Shown here: positions 18,512 to 28,051 of the stretch, piece by piece
Numbering within the stretch: position 1 is the first letter of the stretch
Layout of the letters: each line of letters opens with the position of its first letter
NCBI RefSeq assembly: GCF_030693405.1
Contig: NZ_JAUYAW010000052.1
Span: 13,590 to 77,589, forward strand
Origin: Phenylobacterium sp.
GTDB lineage: Bacteria; Pseudomonadota; Alphaproteobacteria; Caulobacterales; Caulobacteraceae
Direction: 5' to 3'
DNA length: 64,000 nt
Position numbers and translations under genes: made by a program
The notes under the pieces: model-generated
The model's input: the letters and a program-made list of their open reading frames with translations, nothing else
The model's database searches: none
Told to the model about the DNA's origin: nothing

Positions 18512-19336
18512 ATGCTCATGAACGACCGGGTGAAGGTGGAGATCAAGAACGGCGTCGCCGACGTGCGCATGGTCCGCACCGACAAGATGAACGCCCTGGA
18601 CGACGCCATGTTCTCGGCCCTGATCGAGACGGGCGAGGCGCTGAAGACCACCAAGGGCGTTCGCGCCGTGGTGCTGTCGGGCGAAGGGCGCGCCTTCTGC
18701 GCCGGCCTCGACATGGGCTCCTTCGCCGCCATGGCCTCTGGCGAGCGCAACCGCGGGGCGGCCGATGGCGGGACCCTTTTGACCCCCAACCGCACCCCTG
18801 GCGGCTCCAACCGGGCCCAGCACGCCGTCATGGTCTGGCGCGAACAGCCGGTTCCGGTGATCGCGGCCATCCATGGGGTGGCCTTTGGCGGCGGCTTCCA
18901 GCTGGCCCTGGCTCCGGACATGCGCTTCGTGACGGCTGACGCCCGGATGGCGGTGATGGAGATCAAGTGGGGCCTGGTGCCCGACATGGGTGGCCTTGTG
19001 CTGATGCGCCATCTGGCCCGGGGCGACGTGATCCGCGAGCTGACCTATTCGGGCCGCATCTTCGACGGCGAGGAGGCCCATCGGCTCGGCTTCGCCACCC
19101 GGGTCTGCGCCGATCCCTTGGCCGAGGCGCTCGCCTTCGCCGCCGACATCGCCGGCAAGAGCCCCCACGCCATCCGCGGCGCCAAGCGGCTGATCGAACT
19201 GGCCGAGACACCGGCCAGCCAGCACGACATCCTGCTGGCCGAGAGCGCCGAGCAGGGCGCGGTCATCGGATCGCCCAACCAGAAGGAGGCGGTGATGTCG
19301 AACATGGAGAAGCGCCCGGCGGTCTACGCCGACTGA
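18512..19336 (+). CDS. Crotonase / enoyl-CoA hydratase family protein
   Basis: AFCAGLDM, IAAIHGVAFGGG and MEIKWGLVPDMGG motifs. Confidence 0.9.
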   Translation: MLMNDRVKVEIKNGVADVRMVRTDKMNALDDAMFSALIETGEALKTTKGVRAVVLSGEGRAFCAGLDMGSFAAMASGERNRGAADGGTLLTPNRTPGGSNRAQHAVMVWREQPVPVIAAIHGVAFGGGFQLALAPDMRFVTADARMAVMEIKWGLVPDMGGLVLMRHLARGDVIRELTYSGRIFDGEEAHRLGFATRVCADPLAEALAFAADIAGKSPHAIRGAKRLIELAETPASQHDILLAESAEQGAVIGSPNQKEAVMSNMEKRPAVYAD

Positions 19337-19360
19337 GGGCGTGCTCATTGCGGCCGTCCT

Positions 19361-19462
19361 CGTCCTTCGAGGCCCTTCGGGCGCCTCAGGATGAGGACGG
19401 ACTGAGGCGCCTCACCAGCCTCCCTCATCCTGAGGTGCGAGCGAAGCGAGCCGCGACGGACG
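19361..19462 (-). repeat. CGTC-tagged element, family B (reverse orientation)
   Basis: CGTCCTTCGAGGCCCTTCGGGCGCCTCAGGATGAGGA is the reverse complement of the 3' arm of the 7183 copy. Confidence 0.8.
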
Positions 19463-19479
19463 GAGGGCATCACCCCTCT

Positions 19480-19566
19480 CGTCGCCCTCGGACTTGATCC
19501 GAGGGCCCATGCACACCGTGGCCGGATCAGTGTTCATGGATGCTCGGGTCAAGCCCGAGCATGACG
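19480..19566 (-). repeat. CGTC-tagged element, family A (reverse orientation)
   Basis: CGTCGCCCTCGGACTTGATCCGAGGG...ATGGATGCTCGGGTCAAGCCCGAGCATGACG. Confidence 0.85.
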
Positions 19567-19610
19567 GCGGTGGGGTGGTGGGCATGAGCCCTCACGCTAC
19601 GCCCTAGGCG

Positions 19611-20744
19611 TTAGACAGGCGTCTGCCCCCACTCGGCGCGGACCGCCTCGTCCGGCTCCCCCGGCAGGGCCAGCGCCCGCTCGCCCGCAAAGGCGTCGGG
19701 CGGCAAGAGCTGCGAGAGCGCCCAGACCGCGGCGCCCCTGACGACGGGCGCCGCATCGCTCAGCCGCTCGCGCACCACCTCAACCAGGGCGGGATCTCCG
19801 CTGTTGCCTAGGGCGTAGAGGACGTTGCGCACGAACCGGTCGCGGCCCAGGCGCTTGACCGCGCTCTGAGTGAAGAGGGCGCGGAAGGCGGCGTCGTCCA
19901 GGGCAGCCAGGTCTTGCAGGCGCGGGGCCTTCAGGGCCTCGCGGGCCTGCAGCTTCGTCTCCCGGGCGCCCTGGGCGAACTTGTTCCAGGGGCAGACGGC
20001 CAGGCAGTCGTCGCAGCCATAGATGCGGTTGCCGAGCATGGCGCGGAACTCGGCCGGGATTGGTCCCGACAGTTCGATGGTCAGGTAAGAGATGCAGCGC
20101 CGCGCATCGAGCTGATAGGGCGCGGGGAAGGCGTCGGTCGGGCACACATCCTGACAGGCCCGGCAGGAGCCGCAGGCGTCCTCGCCGGGGGGATCGGGCG
20201 TCAGCTCCAGCGAGGTGAGCACCGAGCCGATGAACAGCCAGGAGCCGAACTGGCGCGAGACGAGGTTGGTGTGCTTGCCTTGCCAGCCCAGGCCCGAGGC
20301 TTCGGCCAGGGGCTTTTCCAGCAGGGGGGCGGTGTCGACGAACACCTTCACCTCGGCGCCGAAGGTCTGGACCATCCAGGTCGCCAGCTGTTTGAGCCGC
20401 TTCTTGATCAGGTCGTGATAGTCCGACCCTTGCGCATAGACCGAGATGGCGCCGCGATCGGGGTGATCCAGTATGGCGCGCGGATCGTGTTCCGGGCCGT
20501 AATTGACCCCCAGCATCACGGCGGAGCGGGCGTCCGCCCACATGGCCTGAGGGTGGGAGCGACGCTCCAGGGTCGTCTCCAGCCAGGCCATCTCCCCATG
20601 CCGGCCGTCTTCCACAAAGGCGGCCAGGCGCTCGCCAGCGATCCAGGGCTGGTCGGCCCGGGCCAGGCGGCAGTCGTCGAAGCCCAGGGCGAGGGCTTGG
20701 CGGCGGATCAGCGCTTCAGGGGGTTCAGAAATCGAGATCGTCAT
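19611..20744 (-). CDS. queG: tRNA epoxyqueuosine(34) reductase
   Basis: [39 protein letters not shown] and [14 protein letters not shown] (Fe-S) motifs. Confidence 0.93.
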   Translation of the reverse strand: MTISISEPPEALIRRQALALGFDDCRLARADQPWIAGERLAAFVEDGRHGEMAWLETTLERRSHPQAMWADARSAVMLGVNYGPEHDPRAILDHPDRGAISVYAQGSDYHDLIKKRLKQLATWMVQTFGAEVKVFVDTAPLLEKPLAEASGLGWQGKHTNLVSRQFGSWLFIGSVLTSLELTPDPPGEDACGSCRACQDVCPTDAFPAPYQLDARRCISYLTIELSGPIPAEFRAMLGNRIYGCDDCLAVCPWNKFAQGARETKLQAREALKAPRLQDLAALDDAAFRALFTQSAVKRLGRDRFVRNVLYALGNSGDPALVEVVRERLSDAAPVVRGAAVWALSQLLPPDAFAGERALALPGEPDEAVRAEWGQTPV

Positions 20745-21411
20745 AATGGGCCGCGGGCGCGAGCCCCGGCCAGCGATCGGCGAGGAGCGGCCGGAAGCAG
20801 GGCCGGGACTTTACTGTCATGTACCACGTCTTGACGACCGGAAAGTCGCGCCAGGGCACGTCGCCGAAATAGTCGATCACCGACAGATGCGCCGCGCCGG
20901 CGAAATCGGCCAGGCTGAGGCGCCGCCCGGCCAGCCAGTCGCGCTCGGCCAGCAGGCTCGCCAGATAGGTCAGATGGATACGCAGCGCCTCGCGTCCGCG
21001 ACGCAGGGCGGCCAGGTCCGGCGCCCCCATGCGCAGGAGGCGCTTTTCCATCTTCTCATGCAGCAGGAAGGAGCCGACCTCATAGTCGAACTTGCGGTCG
21101 AACCATTGCAGCAGCCGGCGGGCCTCGGCCCGATCGACGGCTTCGCGGCCCAAGAGGGCGGGTTCAGGGTGGCGCTCCTCCAGGTAGTCGAGGATGGCGC
21201 GGCTCTCACACAGAACCAGCCGGCCGTCGGGCCCGTCCTCCACCAGCACCGGCGTCAGGCCAGACGGGTTCAGCGCCGACAGGTCGTCAGGCTGCTCCCA
21301 GTAGCGGACGACCACGTCCTCGAACGCCAGGCGCTTTTCGCCGAGCGCCAGACGGACCTGCCGCGAGGCCGGGTCGAGCGGAAAGTGGTAAAGGGTGCGT
21401 TGGACGCTCAT
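20725..21411 (-). CDS. fzlA: GST-fold FtsZ-binding cell division protein FzlA
   Basis: 228 aa; [38 protein letters not shown] and C-terminal HYDDLDF match Caulobacter FzlA as I recall it; adjacent to queG. Confidence 0.85.
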   Translation of the reverse strand: MSVQRTLYHFPLDPASRQVRLALGEKRLAFEDVVVRYWEQPDDLSALNPSGLTPVLVEDGPDGRLVLCESRAILDYLEERHPEPALLGREAVDRAEARRLLQWFDRKFDYEVGSFLLHEKMEKRLLRMGAPDLAALRRGREALRIHLTYLASLLAERDWLAGRRLSLADFAGAAHLSVIDYFGDVPWRDFPVVKTWYMTVKSRPCFRPLLADRWPGLAPAAHYDDLDF

Positions 21412-21471
21412 GCCGGCATTTCGCCGCGAATGCGGACAGTTTGATCAGGTCTCGATAAGGCCTGGGGGGCC

Positions 21472-21487
21472 TTAAGGGCGCGTTTAC
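21472..21487. promoter_or_regulatory. Candidate CtrA box upstream of fzlA
   Basis: TTAA-GGGCGCG-TTTAC, one mismatch to TTAA-N7-TTAAC, about 60-75 bp upstream of the fzlA start. Confidence 0.5.
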
Positions 21488-21527
21488 GAAGCCTGCGGCG
21501 CCGCCCCATCTGGGTGACTCTGCGGCT

Positions 21528-22472
21528 TCAAGTCGCGGCGGTTTCTGCAAACGCGCCACCGTGGGGCTCGGCCCGGCCCCTCGGGTCGGCATGGATCAGG
21601 ATGTCGGCGGCCGGGAAGTGCTTCAGAAGGCGATTCTCGGCCTCGACGATGACCTGGTGGGCGGCGTCCAGGGTCAGGTCCGGATCCAGGTCGGCGTGCA
21701 TCTGGATGTGGACATAGGGGCCTGAGGCGCGGGTGCGCAGCTGGTGGATGTCGGTCAGGCGGTCGTCCTGCGTCATCAGCCGAACGATCAGCGCCCGCTG
21801 ATCCTCCGGCAGTTCGTGATCCATCAGCTGGTGGGCGGCCTCGCGGAAGACGCCGATGGCCGCCCAGACCAGCAGGGCCGCGACGATGAGACTCGCGACC
21901 CCATCCAGGCTGACAAAGCCCAGCAAGGCGGCGCCGGCCACGCCCAGGAGGGCGGCGAGATTGGAGGCGAGGTCCGAGAAATAGTGCGCCCGGTCGCCGG
22001 AGACGGCCACGGACCGGGTCTGGCGCAGCACCCGGGTCTGGGCGGCCACCAGAAGGCCGGTGAGCGCGATCGAGGCGGCCATGACGGCCATGGCCCAGCC
22101 CCCGTGGGTGATCGGCTGGGGGTCCAGAAGGCTGGCTATGGCCTCCCGGCCCACCAGGGCGGCCGAGGCGAAGACCAGGCCCGCCTGCATCAGGCTGGCG
22201 AAGGCTTCGGCCTTGCCGTGCCCGAAGCGGTGCTCGGCGTCGGGCGGGGCTACCGCGTAACGGACGGCGAAGAAGGTGATCAGGGAGGCGATCAGATCGA
22301 GGCCGGAATCCGCCAGGGAGGCCAGCACCGCTACAGATCCGCTGGCCACCCAGGCGCCGGTCTTCAGGGCGACCAGGACCAGGGCGACGGCCACCGACAG
22401 CAGGGTGATCCTGCGGGTCAGGGCGGCGGCCTGGGCCGGGGCCAGCGCCGGGGTGGAGGCGGATGCGGTCAT
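21528..22472 (-). CDS. Cation diffusion facilitator (FieF-like)
   Basis: SLADSGLD, DAEHRFGHGKAE, DRAHYFSD and IHQLRTR motifs. Confidence 0.9.
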   Translation of the reverse strand: MTASASTPALAPAQAAALTRRITLLSVAVALVLVALKTGAWVASGSVAVLASLADSGLDLIASLITFFAVRYAVAPPDAEHRFGHGKAEAFASLMQAGLVFASAALVGREAIASLLDPQPITHGGWAMAVMAASIALTGLLVAAQTRVLRQTRSVAVSGDRAHYFSDLASNLAALLGVAGAALLGFVSLDGVASLIVAALLVWAAIGVFREAAHQLMDHELPEDQRALIVRLMTQDDRLTDIHQLRTRASGPYVHIQMHADLDPDLTLDAAHQVIVEAENRLLKHFPAADILIHADPRGRAEPHGGAFAETAAT

Positions 22473-22542
22473 CCCCCGATCCTAGCCCCTGGCTCAGCCG
22501 GCGCCAGCGGGAGAATCCGCCCCCGCCGACGCCGGTGGTCGA

Positions 22543-23649
22543 TCAGGCCGCCTTGCGAGGCTCTGGGCCCACATAGACCGACTGGGGCCGCACCAGCCGA
22601 CCGCCGGCCAGCTGCTCACGGGCATGGGCCAGCCATCCCACCACCCGGCCCATGGCGAAGACGCAGGTGAAGGCCTGGGGCGGGAAGTCCAGGGCTTCCA
22701 GCAGGAGGGCGGTGTAGAACTCCACATTGGTGTCCAGCGGCCGGTCGGGCTTGTGGGTCTTGAGAATATCCAGGGCCGCGGCCTCGACGGCCTCAGCGAA
22801 GGCCACGCGGCCGGGGCGGGCGCCGGCGTCCTGGGCCAGGGCCCTCACCGGCCCCTTCAGCGCATCGGCCCGAGGGTCGCGGACCCGGTAGATGCGGTGG
22901 CCAAAGCCCATCAGCCGCTCGCCCCGGGCCAGGGCCGCCTCGATCCAGGCCCGCGCATTCTCCGGCTGGCCGATTCCGTCCAGCATCTCGATCACCGGCC
23001 CCGGCGCGCCCCCGTGCAACGGGCCTTTGAGCGCGCTGATCCCGGCCAGGACCGCCGAGGTCAGGCCGGCCCGGGTCGAGGCCACCACCCGGGCGGCGAA
23101 GGTCGAGGCGTTCAGGCCATGGTCGGAGACGGTCACCAGATAGGCGTCCAGGCCTGCGACCTGGGCGGCGGTGGGGGTCTGGCCGGTCAGCATGCGCAGG
23201 ATGTCCGCGGCATGGGGCTTCGCCGGATCCGGGGCGATGGGGCTCTGGCCGGCCTGGACGCGGACCACGGCCGGGGTGAAGACCGCCGGCGCGGCGATCA
23301 GCCTGAGGGCGGTGGCCAGATCATCCCCGTCGGGGAGACGGGCGATCAGGGCGCGGACCGCCTCCACCGGCTCAAGGGCGGCCAGACCCTCATCCAGGTG
23401 CGCCACCTGGGCGAACACCTCGACGCGGGCCTGGCCGAGGGCGGCGCCCAGATCAGACGGCAGATCCTCGAAGAAACCGCCGAACAGCAGGGCGGTGAGG
23501 TCCTCAAACGTGGCGTGGCCGGCCAGGTCGTCCAGGGAGCGGCCGCGGATGATCAGGCGGCCGGCCTGGCCGTCCACCTCCGACAGGACGGTGCGGGCGG
23601 CGACGACGCCTTCGAGGCCTTCGGGGGGCGCAGAAGCATGGGCGTTCAT
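22543..23649 (-). CDS. Citrate synthase / methylcitrate synthase family protein
   Basis: GLEGVVAART, DHGLNASTF, GPLHGGA, MGFGHRIYRVRDPRA and NVEFYTA motifs. Confidence 0.88.
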   Translation of the reverse strand: MNAHASAPPEGLEGVVAARTVLSEVDGQAGRLIIRGRSLDDLAGHATFEDLTALLFGGFFEDLPSDLGAALGQARVEVFAQVAHLDEGLAALEPVEAVRALIARLPDGDDLATALRLIAAPAVFTPAVVRVQAGQSPIAPDPAKPHAADILRMLTGQTPTAAQVAGLDAYLVTVSDHGLNASTFAARVVASTRAGLTSAVLAGISALKGPLHGGAPGPVIEMLDGIGQPENARAWIEAALARGERLMGFGHRIYRVRDPRADALKGPVRALAQDAGARPGRVAFAEAVEAAALDILKTHKPDRPLDTNVEFYTALLLEALDFPPQAFTCVFAMGRVVGWLAHAREQLAGGRLVRPQSVYVGPEPRKAA

Positions 23650-23704
23650 GGGGAGGCTCCGGTTTCGACTTGCGCGCGAGGATTTCGACCGGCAGGCTCC
23701 ACCG

Positions 23705-23728
23705 TCAATCTTGATCAATATAATCAAT
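23705..23728. promoter_or_regulatory. Three TCAAT direct repeats (and a TTGATCAA palindrome) between the divergent citrate-synthase-like genes
   Basis: TCAAT at 23705, 23715 and 23724; TTGATCAA at 23711-23718; AT-rich patch in a GC-rich context. Confidence 0.5.
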
Positions 23729-23737
23729 GTAGACCTC

Positions 23738-24913
23738 ATGACCGACTGGATCGCCGCGGACGAGGCCTGCGCCCGGCTCAATGTCCGCAGCCAGACCCTC
23801 TATGCCTATGCCAGCCGAGGGCGCCTGACCGCCCGGCCAGATCCCGCCGACCCCCGCCGCAGCCTCTACCGCGCCGCCGATGTGGCGGCCCTGGCGGAAC
23901 GAAAGGTCCGGGGCCGCAAGGCCGCCGCGGTGGCCGCCGGGGCCATCGCCTGGGGGGAGCCGGTGCTGGACTCGGCCATCACCACCGTCATCGGCGGGAC
24001 CCTCTATTATCGCGGCCGCGACGCCGCCGAACTGGCCGAGAGCCAGACCCTGGAGGCGGTGGCCCGCCTGTTGCGAGGTGGCGACGGGGCGGCCCTGAAG
24101 CGCACCGCCCGGGGCGCGTCGCCGACCGGCTCCGACATGCGGGCCCGGGCCTTTACGGCCCTGGCCCAGCGGGCCGGGATCGATCCGCCGGCGCTCGGCC
24201 GCCATCCCCTGGCGCTGGCGGTGGAGGCCGCCACCCTGCTGGATGTGCTCACCGATGCTGTGGCCGGGGCGCCGGCCAGCGGCGCCATCCACGAGCGCCT
24301 GGGCCAGGCCTGGGGCTGCGCCCGGGGGGATGGCGGCGCCGACCTGATCCGCCGGGCCCTGGTGCTGCTGGCCGACCATGAGCTGAACGCCTCGACCTTC
24401 GCCGCCCGGGTGGCGGCTTCCACCGGCGCGTCCCTGTCGGCCGCGGCGCTGGCGGGCCTCTCGGCCCTGTCGGGGCCGCGGCACGGGGGAGCTGGCGACG
24501 CCATGCGCGCCCTGGCGTCAGAGGCCGCGCAGTTGGGGCCGGCCGCCGCCATCGCCGCGCGGCTGGCCCAGGACCGCAGCCTGCCGGGCTTCGGCCACGC
24601 CCTCTATCCGGAAGGCGATCCCCGCGCCGAGGCCCTGCTGGCCCGGTTCGAGCCGCCGGCGGACCTCGCGGCGCTGAGGGTCGCGGTGGCCGGCGCCACC
24701 GGCCAGCGGCCCAATGTGGATTTCGCCCTGGTGGCGCTCTCGGAAGTTCTGGGATTGCCGAAGGACGCGCCCTTCGCCCTGTTCGCGGTCGCCCGCTGCG
24801 CGGGATGGATCGCCCACGCCATCGAACAGGTGCAGACCGGCGGCCTGATCCGGCCGCGCGCCCGCTACGCCGGGGTGGCGCCGATATCGAGTTCCGGCGG
24901 CTCGGCGAACTGA
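23738..24913 (+). CDS. Excisionase-like HTH fused to a citrate synthase-like domain
   Basis: N-terminal WIAADEACARLNVRSQTLYAYASRGRL (HTH_17/MerR-like); DHELNASTF, GPRHGGA, PGFGHALYPEGDPRA, PNVDFAL. Confidence 0.8.
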   Translation: MTDWIAADEACARLNVRSQTLYAYASRGRLTARPDPADPRRSLYRAADVAALAERKVRGRKAAAVAAGAIAWGEPVLDSAITTVIGGTLYYRGRDAAELAESQTLEAVARLLRGGDGAALKRTARGASPTGSDMRARAFTALAQRAGIDPPALGRHPLALAVEAATLLDVLTDAVAGAPASGAIHERLGQAWGCARGDGGADLIRRALVLLADHELNASTFAARVAASTGASLSAAALAGLSALSGPRHGGAGDAMRALASEAAQLGPAAAIAARLAQDRSLPGFGHALYPEGDPRAEALLARFEPPADLAALRVAVAGATGQRPNVDFALVALSEVLGLPKDAPFALFAVARCAGWIAHAIEQVQTGGLIRPRARYAGVAPISSSGGSAN

Positions 24914-25845
24914 CCGCCCTTGCGGTAGCGATAGAGATAGGACCCCACCACAGACTCCACGGCGGTGGCCTCGACCCCCAACTCGGCCAGGCCCGGCAGG
25001 GCCGGGTTGGCGACATTGTCCACCTTCAGCTGCGCCACCTGGTCGGTGGTCAGCGGTGGGGCGATCGGGGTCAGGGCCACGAGATTGCCCACCTGGCCGA
25101 TCAGGCTGGCGACGCCGAAGGGCAGGGGCAGCAGGAATCGGCGACGCTGGGTCTCGCTCAGCACCAGTTCCAGAAGCTGACGGAAGGTGAGGATGGCGGG
25201 ACCGCCAAGCTCATAGGTCTGGCCCGCGCTGGCGGGATTGACCAGGGCCGCGGCCACGGCCCGGGCCACGTCGCCGACAAAGACCGGCTGGAACTTCGTC
25301 TTGCCGCCGCCGATCAGCGGCAGGGCCGGCGACAGCACGGCCATGGCGGCGAAGCGGTTGAAGAAATCGTCCTCCGGCCCGAACACGATGGACGGCCGTA
25401 GGATCACCGCCTGAGGCAGGGCCTCGCGCACGGCGGCTTCGCCGGCCGCCTTGGTGCGGGCGTAGACCGAAGGGCTGCCCGCGTCCGCGCCGATGGCCGA
25501 GACCTGGACCATACGGGCGACGCCGGCGGCCTTGGCCGCCTCGGCCACGTTGCGCGCGCCTTCGGCATGTAGGCTGGCGAACTTCTGACGGCCGCTCTCA
25601 TAGAGAACGCCGACCAGGTTGACGCAGGCGCTGGCCCCGTCCAGCGCCCGGGCCACGGAGTCCTTGTCGCGGATATTGGCCTGGACCACCTGGATCTGGC
25701 CCACATCGCCAAGCAGCAGAAGGTCATAGGCCCGGGCGGGCTGGCGCACAGCCACCCGCACCCGATGCCCGGCCCGGGCCAGAGCCCGCACCACCTGACT
25801 TCCCACAAAGCCCGATCCGCCGAAGACGGTGACGAGATCCTGCAT
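24865..25845 (-). CDS. Complex I NDUFA9-family NAD(P)-binding protein (extended SDR)
   Basis: VFGGSGFVGS, VNLVGVL, YARTKAAGE and LRPSIVFG motifs. Confidence 0.9.
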   Translation of the reverse strand: MQDLVTVFGGSGFVGSQVVRALARAGHRVRVAVRQPARAYDLLLLGDVGQIQVVQANIRDKDSVARALDGASACVNLVGVLYESGRQKFASLHAEGARNVAEAAKAAGVARMVQVSAIGADAGSPSVYARTKAAGEAAVREALPQAVILRPSIVFGPEDDFFNRFAAMAVLSPALPLIGGGKTKFQPVFVGDVARAVAAALVNPASAGQTYELGGPAILTFRQLLELVLSETQRRRFLLPLPFGVASLIGQVGNLVALTPIAPPLTTDQVAQLKVDNVANPALPGLAELGVEATAVESVVGSYLYRYRKGGQFAEPPELDIGATPA

Positions 25846-25941
25846 GGCCCGGCCCGTTGATTTGCAAACTTCCCGAGCCGCCCGGATAGACGATGCGGAC
25901 CCCTGCTGCAATGCGACTTCAATTTCCGATGAAAAGGTCCG

Positions 25942-25970
25942 TTGACGCCCGTCTGGCTTTTCCCTAGTAG
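25942..25970 (+). promoter_or_regulatory. Sigma70-type promoter for tRNA-Leu
   Basis: TTGACG-N17-TAGTAG followed by a GC-rich discriminator. Confidence 0.6.
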
Positions 25971-25996
25971 TCCCGCCTCCCGATCCGACGGACCGG

Positions 25997-26083
<87 letters not shown>

Positions 26084-26184
26084 CCCCTTTCTCAGGTCTC
26101 CGCGGGGGTGGCCGTCCTTTGCTCCCCCGCAGGACATCCCAAAGCCGCGCGGCGAGGCCCGCGCCATCTGCGGAGCAAGCGGTC

Positions 26185-26802
26185 TTGGCCAATCATCTTC
26201 ACAAGGGCGACCTGCCGGCAGGCCTGTTCGATGGCGTCGAGTCGGTGGCGGTTGATTCAGAGACCATGGGCCTGCGTCTGGGGCGCGACCCGCTCTGTGT
26301 GGTGCAGATCTCGGCAGGCGACGGGGACGCCCATCTGGTCCAGCTGGACCGGGCGACCTATGACGCGCCGAACCTGAAGGCCCTGCTGTCCAATCCCGCG
26401 ATCACCAAGATTTTCCACTTCGGGCGATTCGACATCGCCATGTTCCATCTCCATCTGGGGGTGATGACCGCGCCCGTCTACTGCACCAAGATCGCCTCCA
26501 AGCTGGCCCGGACCTATACCGACCGGCATGGGCTAAAGGATGTGACCCGCGAGATGGTGGGCGTCGACCTGTCCAAGGCCCAGCAGAGCTCGGATTGGGG
26601 CGCGGCCACCCTCTCCGACGATCAGGTGGCCTATGCCGCCTCCGACGTTCTGCACCTGCACGCTGTTCGCGCCCGCCTCGACGGCATGCTGGCCCGGGAG
26701 GGCCGCGATGGCCTGGCGCGGGCCTGTTTCGAGTTCCTGCCGCATCGGGCCCTGCTGGACGTGGCCGGATGGGAAGACTCCGACATCTTCGCCCACACAT
26801 GA
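26185..26802 (+). CDS. rnd: Ribonuclease D-like 3'-5' exonuclease (probable TTG start)
   Basis: DEDDy motifs AVDSETMG, IFHFGRFD, CTKIASKL and QVAYAASDV. Confidence 0.85.
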   Translation: MANHLHKGDLPAGLFDGVESVAVDSETMGLRLGRDPLCVVQISAGDGDAHLVQLDRATYDAPNLKALLSNPAITKIFHFGRFDIAMFHLHLGVMTAPVYCTKIASKLARTYTDRHGLKDVTREMVGVDLSKAQQSSDWGAATLSDDQVAYAASDVLHLHAVRARLDGMLAREGRDGLARACFEFLPHRALLDVAGWEDSDIFAHT

Positions 26803-26809
26803 GGCCCTG

Positions 26810-27439
26810 GTGAGCGCCCTGGCATATGAGGCCCGCGGGCCGGCCTCGGCCCTGGCCATGGGGCGCTGGCGACGTCGCTCGCAGCTGATTCTGCGGCTGA
26901 GGGTGGTGTTGCCGGCGATCATCGCAGTGATCGTTCTCAGCCTCGCGGGACTGGTGACCTATAACAGCCTGGCCGGCGCCCCGGCCGAGCCGGAGGAGTC
27001 CGACGCGCCGATCCGGCTGGTCAATCCGCGGTTCATGGGCCGCGACGCCCAGGGCCGCTCCTTCGTCATCACGGCCAACAGCGCCGTGCGCGACGAGGAT
27101 GACTATCAGCGCGTCGTGCTGGACCGTCCGGCCATGGTGCTGGATGGCGAGGGTCTGAGCCCCATGCGCCTGTCGGCCCAGTCCGGCGTCTTCCACGAGG
27201 GCGACGGCCTCCTGCGGTTGCAGGGGGATGTGAGCCTGAACGACCCGGATGCGGCCTTCGACACCGGCAGCGCGGTGTTCGACACCACCACCGGCGTACT
27301 CGAGGGCGAGGGCCTGATCACCGGCGCCGGCCCCCTTGGAGAAATTCGTGCAAAGTCCTATGGCGTGTACGACAAGGGCGAGCGCATGGTCTTCAAGGGC
27401 GGCGTGAGCGGCACCATCACTCCGAACTCGCCGCGATGA
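26810..27439 (+). CDS. lptC: LPS export protein LptC (start approximate)
   Basis: RRRSQLI..LRVVLP N-terminal TM segment followed by a beta-rich domain; directly upstream of lptA-lptB. Confidence 0.8.
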   Translation: MSALAYEARGPASALAMGRWRRRSQLILRLRVVLPAIIAVIVLSLAGLVTYNSLAGAPAEPEESDAPIRLVNPRFMGRDAQGRSFVITANSAVRDEDDYQRVVLDRPAMVLDGEGLSPMRLSAQSGVFHEGDGLLRLQGDVSLNDPDAAFDTGSAVFDTTTGVLEGEGLITGAGPLGEIRAKSYGVYDKGERMVFKGGVSGTITPNSPR

Positions 27440-28038
27440 TGCGAAAGAGGCGTCTTGAGATGACATTTCTCCCTGCAGCCAGCCAGCGGACGCCCCTGTC
27501 GGCCCTGATGCTGGCGGCCGCCCTGCTCGCGGCGCCGGCCACCCCGGCGAACGCCCAATTGGCGGCGGGCTCCAATGCGCCTGTGGACATCACCGCCGAT
27601 GAGCTGGAGGTGATCAACGCCCGCTGCCTGGCCATCTGGCGTGGGTCGGCTGAAGCCCTGCAGGACAATTCCCGGTTGCGGGCTGACGTGCTGACCATTC
27701 GTTACGCCGCCGCCCGTCCGGCGCGCACGGGCGCGGAGTCCTCCTGCGGCGCGCTCCAGGGCTTGGACGCCCAGGGCTCGGTCTACTACGTGACGCCCGC
27801 CCAGCGGGTGCGGGCCAATGCGGCGGTCTATGACGCGGCCAGCGACACCATCACCATGACCGGCGACGTGGTCGCCGCCCAGGGCCAGAACGTGCTGCGT
27901 GGCGAGCGCCTGGTGATCCAGGTGGCCACCGGTCAGGCCCGGATGGAGACCAGCGCCCGGGGCGCTGGTACGCCAGGCCGCGTTCGCGGGGTCTTCTATC
28001 CCAATCAGACGCAGGGCCAGCCTGCGGCCAAGCGCTAA
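27436..28038 (+). CDS. lptA: LPS transport periplasmic protein LptA/OstA
   Basis: Signal peptide; PVDITADELEV and TITMTGDVVAAQGQNVLRGERL; position between lptC and lptB. Confidence 0.85.
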   Translation: MMRKRRLEMTFLPAASQRTPLSALMLAAALLAAPATPANAQLAAGSNAPVDITADELEVINARCLAIWRGSAEALQDNSRLRADVLTIRYAAARPARTGAESSCGALQGLDAQGSVYYVTPAQRVRANAAVYDAASDTITMTGDVVAAQGQNVLRGERLVIQVATGQARMETSARGAGTPGRVRGVFYPNQTQGQPAAKR

Positions 28039-28051
28039 GGGGGCCGACCAG

